Shown: positions 1 to 9,385, counted from the stretch's first letter. The stretch is DNA of 64,000 nt from Bacillota bacterium (GCA_050952125.1 JBMNKK010000003.1:111408-175407); one strand, 5' to 3'. Numbers and translations are program-made. The notes: generated by a model from the letters alone, not told the origin.

Positions 1-81
1 GTCGCGGCGAAGGCTGCAGTAATCGAAATCCACTCGGCTGAGAGGCCGGACGCGAACAGGCGCCTCACGTCCTCAAGGTGA
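1..81 (+). CDS. possible 3' end of a gene entering from the left edge (unknown product)
   Basis: Frame 1 is open from base 1 (VAAKAAVIEIHSAERPDANRRLTSSR) to TGA at 79-81; no recognisable motif. Confidence 0.3.
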   Translation, partial: VAAKAAVIEIHSAERPDANRRLTSSR

Positions 82-418
82 GATATCTCCTTCTCGTTGA
101 AAAGAAGTCTTGATTTACCGGAAATGACTGCGTCGATTTGGGGAGAGGCTGACTCGCCGGTCAAGTACGCGATCAGGGCTTGCCCCGCTCGAGAAAGCTC
201 TTCCATGCTCATTCCGGTTTCTTCCGGTACCCCGTACCTCGACCACAGTTCCTCGTAGAGGCCGATATTGATCGCGACCCCGTGGGTTGACAGGAGGACG
301 TTCCCTACCAGAAGGCACAATGTCAAAAGAATCCCCAAGACAGTCGATACGCTGCGAAGACGTCGCGCGCTACCCGTATCCAACCGAATGACCTCCTTCC
401 GGACATTCTACCGCTTTT

Positions 419-447
419 CACAACGCCTTGCAGAAAGACATATTATG
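419..447 (+). promoter_or_regulatory. sigK-like mother-cell promoter
   Basis: CACA-N16-CATATTATG fits the B. subtilis sigK consensus mACm-N16-CATAnnnT, about 60 nt upstream of the 508 start. Confidence 0.55.
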
Positions 448-507
448 CGTCGTGGGTGTAGGGCTCTTAAGCAGTCAAAACACCAGGTAGAGATAGGGGG
501 ATTATCT

Positions 508-1641
508 TTGTTCAAGAGGGGCTATGTGAAGCGGGTCTTTCCCGGCAATAACACGCCGAGGGGGTTCTTCTCTTACTACGACTACATCCTTCCCAAGGAC
601 AGCAGGAGGATTTTCGTCATCAAAGGCGGCCCGGGAGTGGGCAAATCGACTTTCATGACCAGCATAGCCAAGCACATGGTTGAGTTGGGCTATGACGTGG
701 AGATCCACCACTGCTCTTCCGACAACAACTCCATCGACGGAGTGGTTTTCCCGGCCATAGGCGTCGGAATAGTTGACGGAACCTCTCCCCATGTCGTGGA
801 TCCGAAGGTTCCGGGGGCCGTGGATGAGATAATCTGGCTAGGCGAGTTCTGGGATGAAGAGGCCGTGAGGGCGAACAAGAAGGAGATCCTCCAGGCTCAA
901 AAGGGCATCGAATCCGTGTTCAGGAGGGCGTACCGCTATCTGACCGCCGCTCAGGTTGTGTACGAGGATTGGGAGGCGGTCAACATAGAGGCCCTGGACG
1001 CCGGCAAAGCCAACATGCGGGCGCAGGAGATCATTGAGCGCTGCTTCGGAGAGATCCCCATTGCCCCTAAACCCGGCACTGAACGCAAGCTGTTCGCGAG
1101 CGCCATTACTCCTGACGGAATGGTGAACTATCTCAATACCATCGTCGCGCTCTGCAAGACCAGATACGTCATTCAAGGAGACCCGGGCACCGGCAAGTCG
1201 TACCTGCTTGAGAAGGTGAAGAGGGCGGCTCTGGAAAGGGGATTCTTCACCGAGACGTATTACTGTCCCATGCACCCCGAAAAGGTTGAGCATGTAGTAG
1301 TAGGAGAGCTGGGTTTGGCCTTCACCAAATCTATCGAACCCCACACCTATATTCCGGGCCCTGCCGATACCATTGTCGATATGAACGAGTGCAGAGACGA
1401 GGCGGTAGTGACCGATCACCAGGTCTACGCTGACAGGGCTCGCGATGAGTACGAGAGGCTCTTCAACCTTGCAGTGTTCTACATCAGCCAGGCAAAGCAG
1501 TACCATGACGCGATGGAGCGCTGCTATGCACCGAATATGGATTTTGCCGGCATTGATCGCCTGCGTGAGCGCATAACTCAGAAAATCGTCGGGTACGCGC
1601 AAGAAGCTGAAGGCTCCCTGGCAGCTGAAAACGGGCGCTAA
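508..1641 (+). CDS. PRK06851-family double P-loop ATPase (uncharacterised)
   Basis: N-terminal FPGNNTPRGFFSYY, two Walker A motifs (GGPGVGKS, GDPGTGKS), DGTSPH; start moved from 268 to TTG508 after a GGGGGA RBS. Confidence 0.85.
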   Translation: MFKRGYVKRVFPGNNTPRGFFSYYDYILPKDSRRIFVIKGGPGVGKSTFMTSIAKHMVELGYDVEIHHCSSDNNSIDGVVFPAIGVGIVDGTSPHVVDPKVPGAVDEIIWLGEFWDEEAVRANKKEILQAQKGIESVFRRAYRYLTAAQVVYEDWEAVNIEALDAGKANMRAQEIIERCFGEIPIAPKPGTERKLFASAITPDGMVNYLNTIVALCKTRYVIQGDPGTGKSYLLEKVKRAALERGFFTETYYCPMHPEKVEHVVVGELGLAFTKSIEPHTYIPGPADTIVDMNECRDEAVVTDHQVYADRARDEYERLFNLAVFYISQAKQYHDAMERCYAPNMDFAGIDRLRERITQKIVGYAQEAEGSLAAENGR

Positions 1642-1708
1642 GGGGCCTCCGGGCGCCGGTTCAGCGGAGCAAATATCCACGCGTGCCCGCTACCATGTGC
1701 CAGTAGAT

Positions 1709-1740
1709 GAGCGCCGCCTGCAGTGTTGCGGGCGGCGCTC
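1709..1740. terminator. GC-rich hairpin between convergent genes
   Basis: GAGCGCCGCCTGCA-GTGT-TGCGGGCGGCGCTC between the PRK06851 gene and hisC. Confidence 0.65.
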
Positions 1741-1767
1741 TGACATTGGCGCGGTGTTCCTCAGTTC

Positions 1768-2886
1768 TCAGACTTCGGCCAGCGCCTCACGAAGCGCCTC
1801 TATCATGGCTTCGTTTTCCTCGCGCGTACCTACGGTGATCCGCAGCCCGTGAGGCATATTCCAGGCCGTTGTGGGCCGTACAATGACCCCTTTTCGCAGC
1901 ATTGCGCGGAATACTCTCTGGGCGTCTCGCCCCGTGTCAACCATGATGAAGTTGCCCCATGAAGGATAGGTCTTAAGTCCCATCCGTTCGAACTGGCCAT
2001 AGAGGTAACGCTTGCCTTCAGCTACCAGATCAAGACTCTTCTTCACGTGCTCCTCATCTTCTAGAGCCGCGATGGCGGCCGCCTGCGCCAGGGCGTTTTG
2101 ATTGAATGACAGGCGGACTCTGTTCACCAGAGCTGCGGCGTACTGCGGCATCAATCCAAACCCCACTCTCAGCCCGGCCAGGCCGTAGATCTTTGAGAAA
2201 GTGCGCAGTACCGCTACATTGCGGCCTTCCCTCAAGTGGGGGAGTAGATCGCCGTAGTCGGTGTCACCAACATACTCGGCATATGCTTGGTCGGCGACTA
2301 CGAGCACCTGTGGGGGGACCGAGTCGAGGAGGCGCTTTACCTCGTCTAGAGTGTTCATCGTTCCGGTCGGGTTATTTGGATTGCAGAGGAACAAAAGCTT
2401 TGTTTTTGAGGTGACCGCTTCCGCCATAGCCTCAGTATCGAGGAATCCTTTGCGGAGAGGGACTTCAACCGGGATTCCGCCCATGTTTTGCGTCGATGTC
2501 TTGTATATGGGGAAGGTTTGAGAGCCCATGACCACTTCGTCTCCGGGAGCCACGAAAACCTGTCCTAAGAGCATGATTATCTCGTCCGAACCGTTTCCCA
2601 GTACGATCTGCTCCTCCGGAACGCCGAAGACTTCCGAAAGCCGGGCCTTCAGCGCGAAGCCCGCCGCATCAGGGTAGATGTGGGCAGATGCTGCCATCTC
2701 CTTCAGAACCTGAAGAGCCTTGGGCGAAGGCCCCAGAGGGTTCTCGTTGGAAGCGAGTTTCACCACCCTGTCCAGTCCAAACTCTCGCTTTACCTCCTCG
2801 GCCGGTTTTCCCGCAATGTACGGGGAAAGGGTGAGGACTTCTCTCCTGGGGCGGGTTTCATAGGGGGCGCTCACATCTTCCAGCAT
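1768..2886 (-). CDS. hisC: histidinol-phosphate aminotransferase (class II PLP)
   Basis: KLASNENPLGPSP, GNGSDE, CNPNNPTG, DQAYAEY, RTFSKIYGLAGLRVG (PLP lysine); GGAGG RBS. Confidence 0.9.
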   Translation of the reverse strand: MLEDVSAPYETRPRREVLTLSPYIAGKPAEEVKREFGLDRVVKLASNENPLGPSPKALQVLKEMAASAHIYPDAAGFALKARLSEVFGVPEEQIVLGNGSDEIIMLLGQVFVAPGDEVVMGSQTFPIYKTSTQNMGGIPVEVPLRKGFLDTEAMAEAVTSKTKLLFLCNPNNPTGTMNTLDEVKRLLDSVPPQVLVVADQAYAEYVGDTDYGDLLPHLREGRNVAVLRTFSKIYGLAGLRVGFGLMPQYAAALVNRVRLSFNQNALAQAAAIAALEDEEHVKKSLDLVAEGKRYLYGQFERMGLKTYPSWGNFIMVDTGRDAQRVFRAMLRKGVIVRPTTAWNMPHGLRITVGTREENEAMIEALREALAEV

Positions 2887-2949
2887 GTCAAAACCTCCTC
2901 AATTCGAGCTTATTGTGATTAGGAGGAGACCATGACGCTATTCTTCTGC

Positions 2950-2979
2950 GTTTACCGTTTCCCCTTCCGAGGGAACATA
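2950..2979 (+). promoter_or_regulatory. possible forespore (sigF/sigG-like) promoter
   Basis: GTTTA-N15-AGGGAACATA upstream of the 3002 gene and ylyA/yteA. Confidence 0.35.
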
Positions 2980-3001
2980 AGGGGGATGTTTCGCAGAAAG
3001 G

Positions 3002-3331
3002 GTGATCGCGGTGTCCGGGCCGTCCAAGAAGAGGGAGGACGGGGGGCGGAAGCGGACTCTGGAGGACACTCTTGCCAGGGTTTCGGACTCGTTGGAGAGG
3101 GCGAAGATCGCGGAGTACGTGACTCTCATGAGTCGTCCGCGGAGGCTCATCTGGCTGAATATCCTCGCAGGGTTGGCCAGGGGGGCAGGTTTGGCCGTTG
3201 GTTTCACGCTGCTCGGCGCCATGATCATCTATGTTCTGACCAGAAGCTACATCTTGAACCTACCTATTATCGGGAACTTTCTCGGCGAGATCGTGTGGAT
3301 AATCCAACAGTATTTAAAGGGGAAGGGCTAA
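3002..3331 (+). CDS. DUF5665-like small membrane protein
   Basis: Pattern IAEYVxLMxxPRRLIWLNxLAGLARGxGxAVGFTLLGA...LPIIGNFLGEIV; two hydrophobic segments. Confidence 0.75.
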   Translation: MIAVSGPSKKREDGGRKRTLEDTLARVSDSLERAKIAEYVTLMSRPRRLIWLNILAGLARGAGLAVGFTLLGAMIIYVLTRSYILNLPIIGNFLGEIVWIIQQYLKGKG

Positions 3332-3871
3332 ATGGACAGCAACCGCGGTGCACGAAGTCCCAGGAAAGATATTGACCTCTCAGAGTTCGAGACCATGCTG
3401 CTTAGACAGCGGTCGACAGTGAGAGACGCGTTTGAACGTATTAAGAGAAACACATTTTCCAAGGATTTGCGAGACGCGACCGGAGAGATGGCTGCCTACG
3501 ACCAGCATTCTGCAGATTTGGCTACCGAGACCTTTGAGAGAGGAAAGGATCTCGGCCTCAAAGACGGCCTGGAGATCGACAGGGCCAAGATCGATCTAGC
3601 CCTGGACAGGATCCGCAGGGGCACCTACGGCTACTGTCTTTCTTGCGGCGGCCTCATCCCTGAGGGCAGGCTTAGGGCGGCACCTGAAGCAGAACTGTGC
3701 GTGAGGTGCGCCGAATCGCAAGAGGTAGTGCCGGCCAGCCGGAGGCCGGTTGAGGAAGAGGCACAGAGGCATTTCCCTCCGATGGGAGGCTTTGAGACCC
3801 TCACGGACGATATCTACACGCACGGGGAGAATGTGCCGGCGAGCCCTCACCGCCCGAGGCCGAGGAAGTAG
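3332..3871 (+). CDS. TraR/DksA C4 zinc-finger protein (YlyA/YteA family)
   Basis: YDQHSADLATETFERGKD, GTYGYCxxCG...ERLxAxP-like...LCxxC; sits upstream of lspA like B. subtilis ylyA. Confidence 0.85.
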   Translation: MDSNRGARSPRKDIDLSEFETMLLRQRSTVRDAFERIKRNTFSKDLRDATGEMAAYDQHSADLATETFERGKDLGLKDGLEIDRAKIDLALDRIRRGTYGYCLSCGGLIPEGRLRAAPEAELCVRCAESQEVVPASRRPVEEEAQRHFPPMGGFETLTDDIYTHGENVPASPHRPRPRK

Positions 3872-3993
3872 ACTCGTAGGTCCTTCAATGGAGCGCTTCC
3901 GGAACCGGACCCTCGGAGGCGGGCTTGCTTCGCGCCAGCGCAGTCGAGTATTCTAGTTTTGGCGTGAGTAAGGCCGGAATTGGGGGACGCTAT

Positions 3994-4446
3994 GTGATTT
4001 TCTGGGCAGCATTTCTCCTCGTCGCAGCAAGCGATTACTTGAGTAAGAACTGGGTACGGGCAAACCTCGCTTTAGGCGAAACCAGGCAGGTAATCGGGAA
4101 TTTCCTTAGGTTCACTCACTGGTCTAATTCCGGCGCTTCCTTCGGGATCCTCCAAGGAGCGTCTCCTTACTTGGCACTCGTGAGCGTGGGCTGCATCATT
4201 CTATCGATCCTCATCTACCCGAAGGTCAGGGGTTACGGCCCTTCGGCGCTCCTGTCGCTCGGGCTGATATCAGGCGGAGCCTTGGGCAACCTTATCGATC
4301 GCGTTCGTTTCGGAAGCGTCACAGACTTCATCAGCCTCAGGTTTTTCTCGCCTATATTCAACGTCGCGGACTCCGCTATCGTTGTAGGAGCGGTGATCAT
4401 GGTGTTCTTCTTCCTCTTTGCACCTGAAGGAAGTTTTGGAGATTGA
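3994..4446 (+). CDS. lspA: lipoprotein signal peptidase II
   Basis: NSGASFG, GGALGNLIDR, VTDF, IFNVAD motifs; start moved to GTG3994 after GGGGGA. Confidence 0.93.
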   Translation: MIFWAAFLLVAASDYLSKNWVRANLALGETRQVIGNFLRFTHWSNSGASFGILQGASPYLALVSVGCIILSILIYPKVRGYGPSALLSLGLISGGALGNLIDRVRFGSVTDFISLRFFSPIFNVADSAIVVGAVIMVFFFLFAPEGSFGD

Positions 4447-5447
4447 GGAGATCCGCTGAGGCCTCGGGAGAGACACTCAGGTTGACTGTCGGCGAATCAC
4501 TTGCAGGTGAGCGCATAGACCTCTTCGCCTCCAAGGCCGCGGGCGACCGGGACATCTCCCGGTCACGAGTCCAGAGCCTCATCTCGGAAGGCCGTGTACT
4601 CCTGAACGGGCACGTTCCCAAAGCATCCAACAAGGTGAAAGCCGGTGACGTTGTCGAAATAACACTACCACCGCCTAGGAAATGGGATGTGGAGGCGGAG
4701 GACATCCCTATAGATGTCGTCCATGAGGATTCCGACATCCTGGTGATAAACAAAGCCAGGGGGATGGTCGTGCACCCGGCGGCAGGACACTGGGGAGGGA
4801 CGCTGGTCAACGCGATTCTGGCCCGCTGCCCGGACCTTACGGGAATCGGCGGCGAGTTGCGCCCGGGGATCGTGCACCGGCTGGACAAGGATACGACGGG
4901 ACTCTTGGTGGTGGCCAAGAACGAGCAGGCTCTCAAGTCCCTGCAAGGCCAGATCAAGGCCCGGACCGTCAAGCGTTGGTATTTGGCGCTGTTGAGAGGC
5001 CACCTCAAAGGGAACGTAAGCGAATATGCAGGTACCGTGGACGCGCCGATCGGCAGGCACCCTGTGCACCGCAAGAAGATGGCTGTGGTACCTACCGGGA
5101 GGCCCGCGGTGACCGACTATGAAGTGATAGCCCGGTTTGGGATGGATTACACGTTGGTCCTGGCGAAGCTGCGTACCGGGCGCACCCATCAGATAAGGGT
5201 GCACATGGCTCACCTCGGCCACCCTGTAGCAGGCGACCCTGTATATAAGAGGGCGAAGGATTCTCTGGGGCTCGAAGGGCAAGCGCTGCATGCGGGCAGG
5301 CTGGGATTCAATCACCCGGCCGGCGGGGAGTACGTGGAGTTTTCAGCCGGAGTCCCCGACGACTTCCGGAACGCTTTGAGTATGCTCCAAGAAAGATATG
5401 CTCTTACGGGAAGAGACAAGGAGGAATTGCATAAATGGCTCGGATAG
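4443..5447 (+). CDS. rluD: RluA-family 23S rRNA pseudouridine synthase with S4 domain
   Basis: INKARGMVVHP, HRLDKDTTG, TGRTHQIRVH, GDPVY, LHA motifs. Confidence 0.9.
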   Translation: MRRSAEASGETLRLTVGESLAGERIDLFASKAAGDRDISRSRVQSLISEGRVLLNGHVPKASNKVKAGDVVEITLPPPRKWDVEAEDIPIDVVHEDSDILVINKARGMVVHPAAGHWGGTLVNAILARCPDLTGIGGELRPGIVHRLDKDTTGLLVVAKNEQALKSLQGQIKARTVKRWYLALLRGHLKGNVSEYAGTVDAPIGRHPVHRKKMAVVPTGRPAVTDYEVIARFGMDYTLVLAKLRTGRTHQIRVHMAHLGHPVAGDPVYKRAKDSLGLEGQALHAGRLGFNHPAGGEYVEFSAGVPDDFRNALSMLQERYALTGRDKEELHKWLG

Positions 5448-6103
5448 CGGCTGAGGAACGCGCAGAGAAGATGGCACGCACACTCATACAGATAGGTGCC
5501 GTCGGCGCGAGACTCGATGAACCCTTCACCCTAACTTCAGGAACCAAAAGCCCCGTATACATAGACGTGAGACGCCTAATCTCCTTCGTGAACGAGAGGG
5601 AGGAGGCGGTCCACATGCTCGCCGACCTTGTCGAGGAGACCTTGAAGGACCCGGCGGAGGCGGTGGCGGGCGGCGAAACTGCAGGCATACCTTACGCTGC
5701 CTTCCTAAGCGCGAAGATGCGTCTCCCCATGCTATACGTACGCAAGAAGGCCAAGGGTTTTGGGCGAAATGCCCAGGTAGAAGGCTATATTGAGGAAGGC
5801 AAACGGACTATCCTCGTAGAGGACCTCATGTTTGACGGGGGCAGCAAAGTGAACTTCGTGCACGGCCTCCGCAACGCGGGCCTCAAGGTAGGCCACGTGT
5901 TTACCATAGCCTCCTACGGATTGGTCGAGGAGTACGAGAAGACTCTTGGCGCTATAGGCGTCCAAGCCAGGTGGCTTACTGACTGGCCGGCCATAGTTGA
6001 CGCGGGGGAGAAGACGGGCTTCTTCGGAAAAGCTGCGGCGAACCACATACGTGACTTTCTGAAAGACCCTCATGCTTGGTCACAGGCCAGGGGTGGGAAA
6101 TAG
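5435..6103 (+). CDS. pyrE: orotate phosphoribosyltransferase
   Basis: SGTKSPVYID, YVRKKAKGFG, LVEDLMFDGGS (PRPP loop); GGAGG RBS. Confidence 0.9.
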   Translation: MARIAAEERAEKMARTLIQIGAVGARLDEPFTLTSGTKSPVYIDVRRLISFVNEREEAVHMLADLVEETLKDPAEAVAGGETAGIPYAAFLSAKMRLPMLYVRKKAKGFGRNAQVEGYIEEGKRTILVEDLMFDGGSKVNFVHGLRNAGLKVGHVFTIASYGLVEEYEKTLGAIGVQARWLTDWPAIVDAGEKTGFFGKAAANHIRDFLKDPHAWSQARGGK

Positions 6104-6676
6104 AAGGAGTCCACGGTTTGCAGATGCGTAAGACCGAGCTCTCAGTACCCCACGGTCTCTCGCGGCCGCTTACGGAAAGCGACAGCTTGAGCCTGTAATA
6201 TTACGCTACTCGAAATATATGCGCAGCCCACTGCGAAACCCCTGCATGGCGGCGCCTATTGCGTCAAATCGCCTGCTAGAAGGCACGAAATGACCCCGTT
6301 CATCATAGTCCGCGTTACTGTATCAGTAACAGCGACACGCCGTATTCCGGATGCCTAGGGGTCCGCACGGGCCCGGCCGGACCTGCCGGATGCGTTGCGT
6401 TGAAGGCAGTGCGCGTTCCTCGAGCCCCAGGATCGCATAGGACAGATACACAGAACAATGTGTACAGCAGACCTAAGACTTAGCAGCACTCAGTGGCCGC
6501 ATCAGCGCGAACATCACACAACACTCAACTCACGCGCTCAGCTTGCGCTCGATAAGGTTCTAGGAAGGTTCTAGGTCGCGTTGGTGTCAGTTATACGAAG
6601 CACACACCTTGCGATAACGAGTGTAGACACGAGCCCGGACGGCTCCAGACCACCCGCAAGCAGGCGGAAAGATCGT

Positions 6677-6704
6677 AGTTAACATAATAACTATTATAGG
6701 ACGT
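6677..6704 (-). other. dif: dif-like XerC/XerD chromosome dimer resolution site
   Basis: Minus strand reads ACGTCCTATAA-TAGTTA-TTATGTTAACT (11-6-11); compare B. subtilis ACTTCCTAGAA-TATATA-TTATGTAAACT and E. coli XerD arm TTATGTTAAAT; lies in a 1.2-kb gene-free gap. Confidence 0.85.
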
Positions 6705-7298
6705 TAGAGCGATCAAAGCGCGGACCCTCCCGGCACGGCCTTACGCCGCCCATCCTCCCCCGATGACGGGCTGACCGTGAGGCCTCTGCGTGGTCATGCA
6801 GTTCAATGGCCATCCAGTAAGGGTTCGGATTGTATGGAAATGCAATGAAGGATCGTTGTATTGGCTCCAGCGGGGCCCCTCGGGCTTACACGTGCGAGGC
6901 GAGGGTGGCGTAGGTGCTGTGAGCGGCTCCGCGGAGCCTGCTAAAGACTACCTCAAGAAAGGAGTTGCTCATCATCGATGAAGAATAGCTCATTCGGTAG
7001 CTCTACCTGCTGAAAGGCTGAGTAGTAAGGGGGTTCTTCATTAAATTCCGTGTATGCGCAAGGAGGAGATTCTTGCAAAAGCGTAGAATAGTACCGCGTC
7101 TCATCATTGGTGAATCTTGGATATGCGTTGGATTGAGTAGACATTCAGTGGTGGCCTCTCTAGCAACACGGGCGGGGGTGATGGCTCGGACAGGAACAGT
7201 GGAACGAACCGTTTATTAGGCAGCTGACAGAATGATCCCGCTTTGAATGAGAGCACTCTGTCAACCCCCATGAAGATACTATGAAAAGAGGATTGAGG

Positions 7299-9239
7299 AT
7301 GAAGAGATTTTGCACCCTGTTGGTTGCCCTTCTCATGCTTGCGGTTATGGTTGCCGGCTGCGGCGGCGGCGGAGCCGAAGTCGAGGATCTGGGCGAGACC
7401 AGCAATGTGAATGAGAATCAAGTAGTGAAACTTCTATATTCCAGTGAGATCAGTGAGTGGAATTACCTTGTCCCGTCCGCTTCCGGTGACTGGGCGAACT
7501 ACCTCGACCATCTGGTTGAGTACGACTACTACGGCATGGTTCAGCCCTGTCTGGCCGAGAGCTGGACTAGATCGGAAGACGGCCTTAAGTGGACCTTCAA
7601 GATCCGCGAGGGCGTCAAGTGGATGACGTATGATGGGAAGGAATACGGCGAGGATGTGAAGGCCGAAGACTTTGTCACCACCGCCAAGTACATCCTCGAC
7701 TCGAAAAACGCGTGTCGCACGGCGGACCTCATGTTCGTTTTTGAGGGTGCCGAGAAGTTCTATGACGAGACGACTCGTGAAGGCGTCACTCCCGATTGGA
7801 GCAAGGTTGGCATCAAAGCTCTAGACGATTACACCCTAGAGTTCACGCTGACCAAGCCCCTACCCTACTTCCTGTCGATGCTTACCTATAACTGGGGTTA
7901 TCCCACCAACGCCAAGTATTTGGCGGAGATGGGCGACCAGTTCGGAACCGGTCCAACGACGTTCCTGTATTGCGGAGCTTTCCTTTGCTCTGAGTACGAG
8001 CCCGAGTCCTTCCGCATCGATACCCGAAACCCAACCTATTGGGATGCAGAGGACATTTACGTTGAGCGCATAGAGCGCAGGTACAACGCTGAGGCATCCA
8101 CGTTGGCTCCCGAGATGCTTCTTCGCGGCGAGGTTACATATGCTGACATACCTTCGTCGCAGCTCGACGAATGGATGAATGACCCTGAGAAGGCGAAGCT
8201 CATTCGCCCGCAGAGAGGTTCTTCCTACAGCTACTTCTACCTGTTCAACTTCTGGCCCAACTTCCCCGAGCAGTATGACAGGGACAACTGGATGATCGCA
8301 GTCAACAACCTGGCATTCCGCAAATCCCTCTACTACGCGCTCGACAGGATTGCAGGGATTACCTGCTACGACCCGTATACTCCGGAGAACTTCCTGATGC
8401 GCACAATAACGCCCACCGACTTTGTGGCGGCAGGCGGTAAGGACTACACGCAGCTCGGCAATCTGGCGGAGATCAGCAGCACAGACCAGCACAACCTGGA
8501 AAAGGCTCTTGAGTATAAGGCCACTGCCATGAAAGAGCTAAAAGAGGCCGGCGCGACGTTCCCGATTAAGATCTACATGCCTTACAACACCGGCTCGAAC
8601 AACCAGATCCAGCTCGCTCAGGTCACTGAGCAGCAGTTGGAGCGAGATCTGGGAACCGACTATATCGACATCACGATCGAGGGTTACCCGAACACCGACT
8701 TCCTCAACACGACGCGGCGTGCGGGCAACTACTGCTTCATGATGTCCTACTGGGGTCCCGACTATGCCGACCCGGAGACCTACACCGACCCCTTTGCTAT
8801 CGGACAGAAGTACGGGTACTGCTACATGGCCGAGGGCTACGGTGAGCAGACCACTGCCGATGACCCCGCGGGTCGCAAGGGCTTCGACGGCGGTTTCTGG
8901 AAGAACGTTACCTATGACGATATGGTCAACGAGGCGGCTAAAGAGGTTGTGGACCTAGAGAAGCGCTACACCGACCTCGCCAACGCCGAGGCCTGGCTAA
9001 TCGACCAGGCGTTCGTGGTTCCGTTGGGCCGTTTGGGCGCCACGTACTACGTGTCGTCGTACATGAACCCGTTCGAGTCACAGTTTGCCCCCTTCGGCGC
9101 GTCCGGCTCGCGCTATAAGTACCAGAAGGTCATGGCGAAGCCCATGGACACTGAGGAGTTCATGAGGCAGCAGGAAATCTGGGTGACTGAACGTAATGCG
9201 GCTATTGCCAAAGCGCAGGCCGAAGGCAGAGACTACTAG
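7299..9239 (+). CDS. oppA: oligopeptide ABC substrate-binding lipoprotein (AmiA/AliA-like), copy 1
   Basis: Lipobox VAGC; LAESWTRSEDGLKWTFKIR, VGIKALDDYTLEFTL, WGPDYADPETY; alternative start 7281. Confidence 0.9.
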   Translation: MKRFCTLLVALLMLAVMVAGCGGGGAEVEDLGETSNVNENQVVKLLYSSEISEWNYLVPSASGDWANYLDHLVEYDYYGMVQPCLAESWTRSEDGLKWTFKIREGVKWMTYDGKEYGEDVKAEDFVTTAKYILDSKNACRTADLMFVFEGAEKFYDETTREGVTPDWSKVGIKALDDYTLEFTLTKPLPYFLSMLTYNWGYPTNAKYLAEMGDQFGTGPTTFLYCGAFLCSEYEPESFRIDTRNPTYWDAEDIYVERIERRYNAEASTLAPEMLLRGEVTYADIPSSQLDEWMNDPEKAKLIRPQRGSSYSYFYLFNFWPNFPEQYDRDNWMIAVNNLAFRKSLYYALDRIAGITCYDPYTPENFLMRTITPTDFVAAGGKDYTQLGNLAEISSTDQHNLEKALEYKATAMKELKEAGATFPIKIYMPYNTGSNNQIQLAQVTEQQLERDLGTDYIDITIEGYPNTDFLNTTRRAGNYCFMMSYWGPDYADPETYTDPFAIGQKYGYCYMAEGYGEQTTADDPAGRKGFDGGFWKNVTYDDMVNEAAKEVVDLEKRYTDLANAEAWLIDQAFVVPLGRLGATYYVSSYMNPFESQFAPFGASGSRYKYQKVMAKPMDTEEFMRQQEIWVTERNAAIAKAQAEGRDY

Positions 9240-9269
9240 AACCGGCTGTTTTGTTCCGTCGTAGAAAGA

Positions 9270-9301
9270 GGGAACCCCGGCCTTGGCGCCGGGGTTCCCC
9301 C
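9270..9301 (+). terminator. intercistronic hairpin after oppA copy 1
   Basis: GGGAACCCCGGC-CTTGGC-GCCGGGGTTCCC. Confidence 0.6.
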
Positions 9302-9385
9302 CGAAAGTCTGCACTCTTGGCCAGACGCTGATCGGTCGAGGTCGTGCCGTCACTCCAACTCCGATTTCCGTGAGAAGGTGGTTTC

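Noticed and set aside
268-507. N-terminal extensions in the ORF track (also oppA2 13648, lexA 22777, hfq 27907, appA 40718, YHS 27525)
   Set aside because: Better RBS-supported downstream starts exist and the extensions overlap promoter motifs or neighbouring genes
838-1680. 280-aa antisense ORF, and similar long shadow ORFs (17650-18495, 20348-21175, 51682-52608, 57065-57775, 61813-62514)
   Set aside because: They lie opposite well-supported genes and lack motifs; expected from high GC and codon bias
7225-7263. TGACAGA...TCTGTCA stem before oppA copy 1 as a riboswitch
   Set aside because: No T-box, glycine, SAM, lysine or c-di-GMP core motifs recognisable; a 7-bp stem alone is insufficient
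6790-7421. Short ORFs 6790-6981, 6953-7144, 7104-7421 and 7160-7405 in the dif-oppA gap
   Set aside because: No convincing RBS or recognisable intact domain; they overlap each other or oppA
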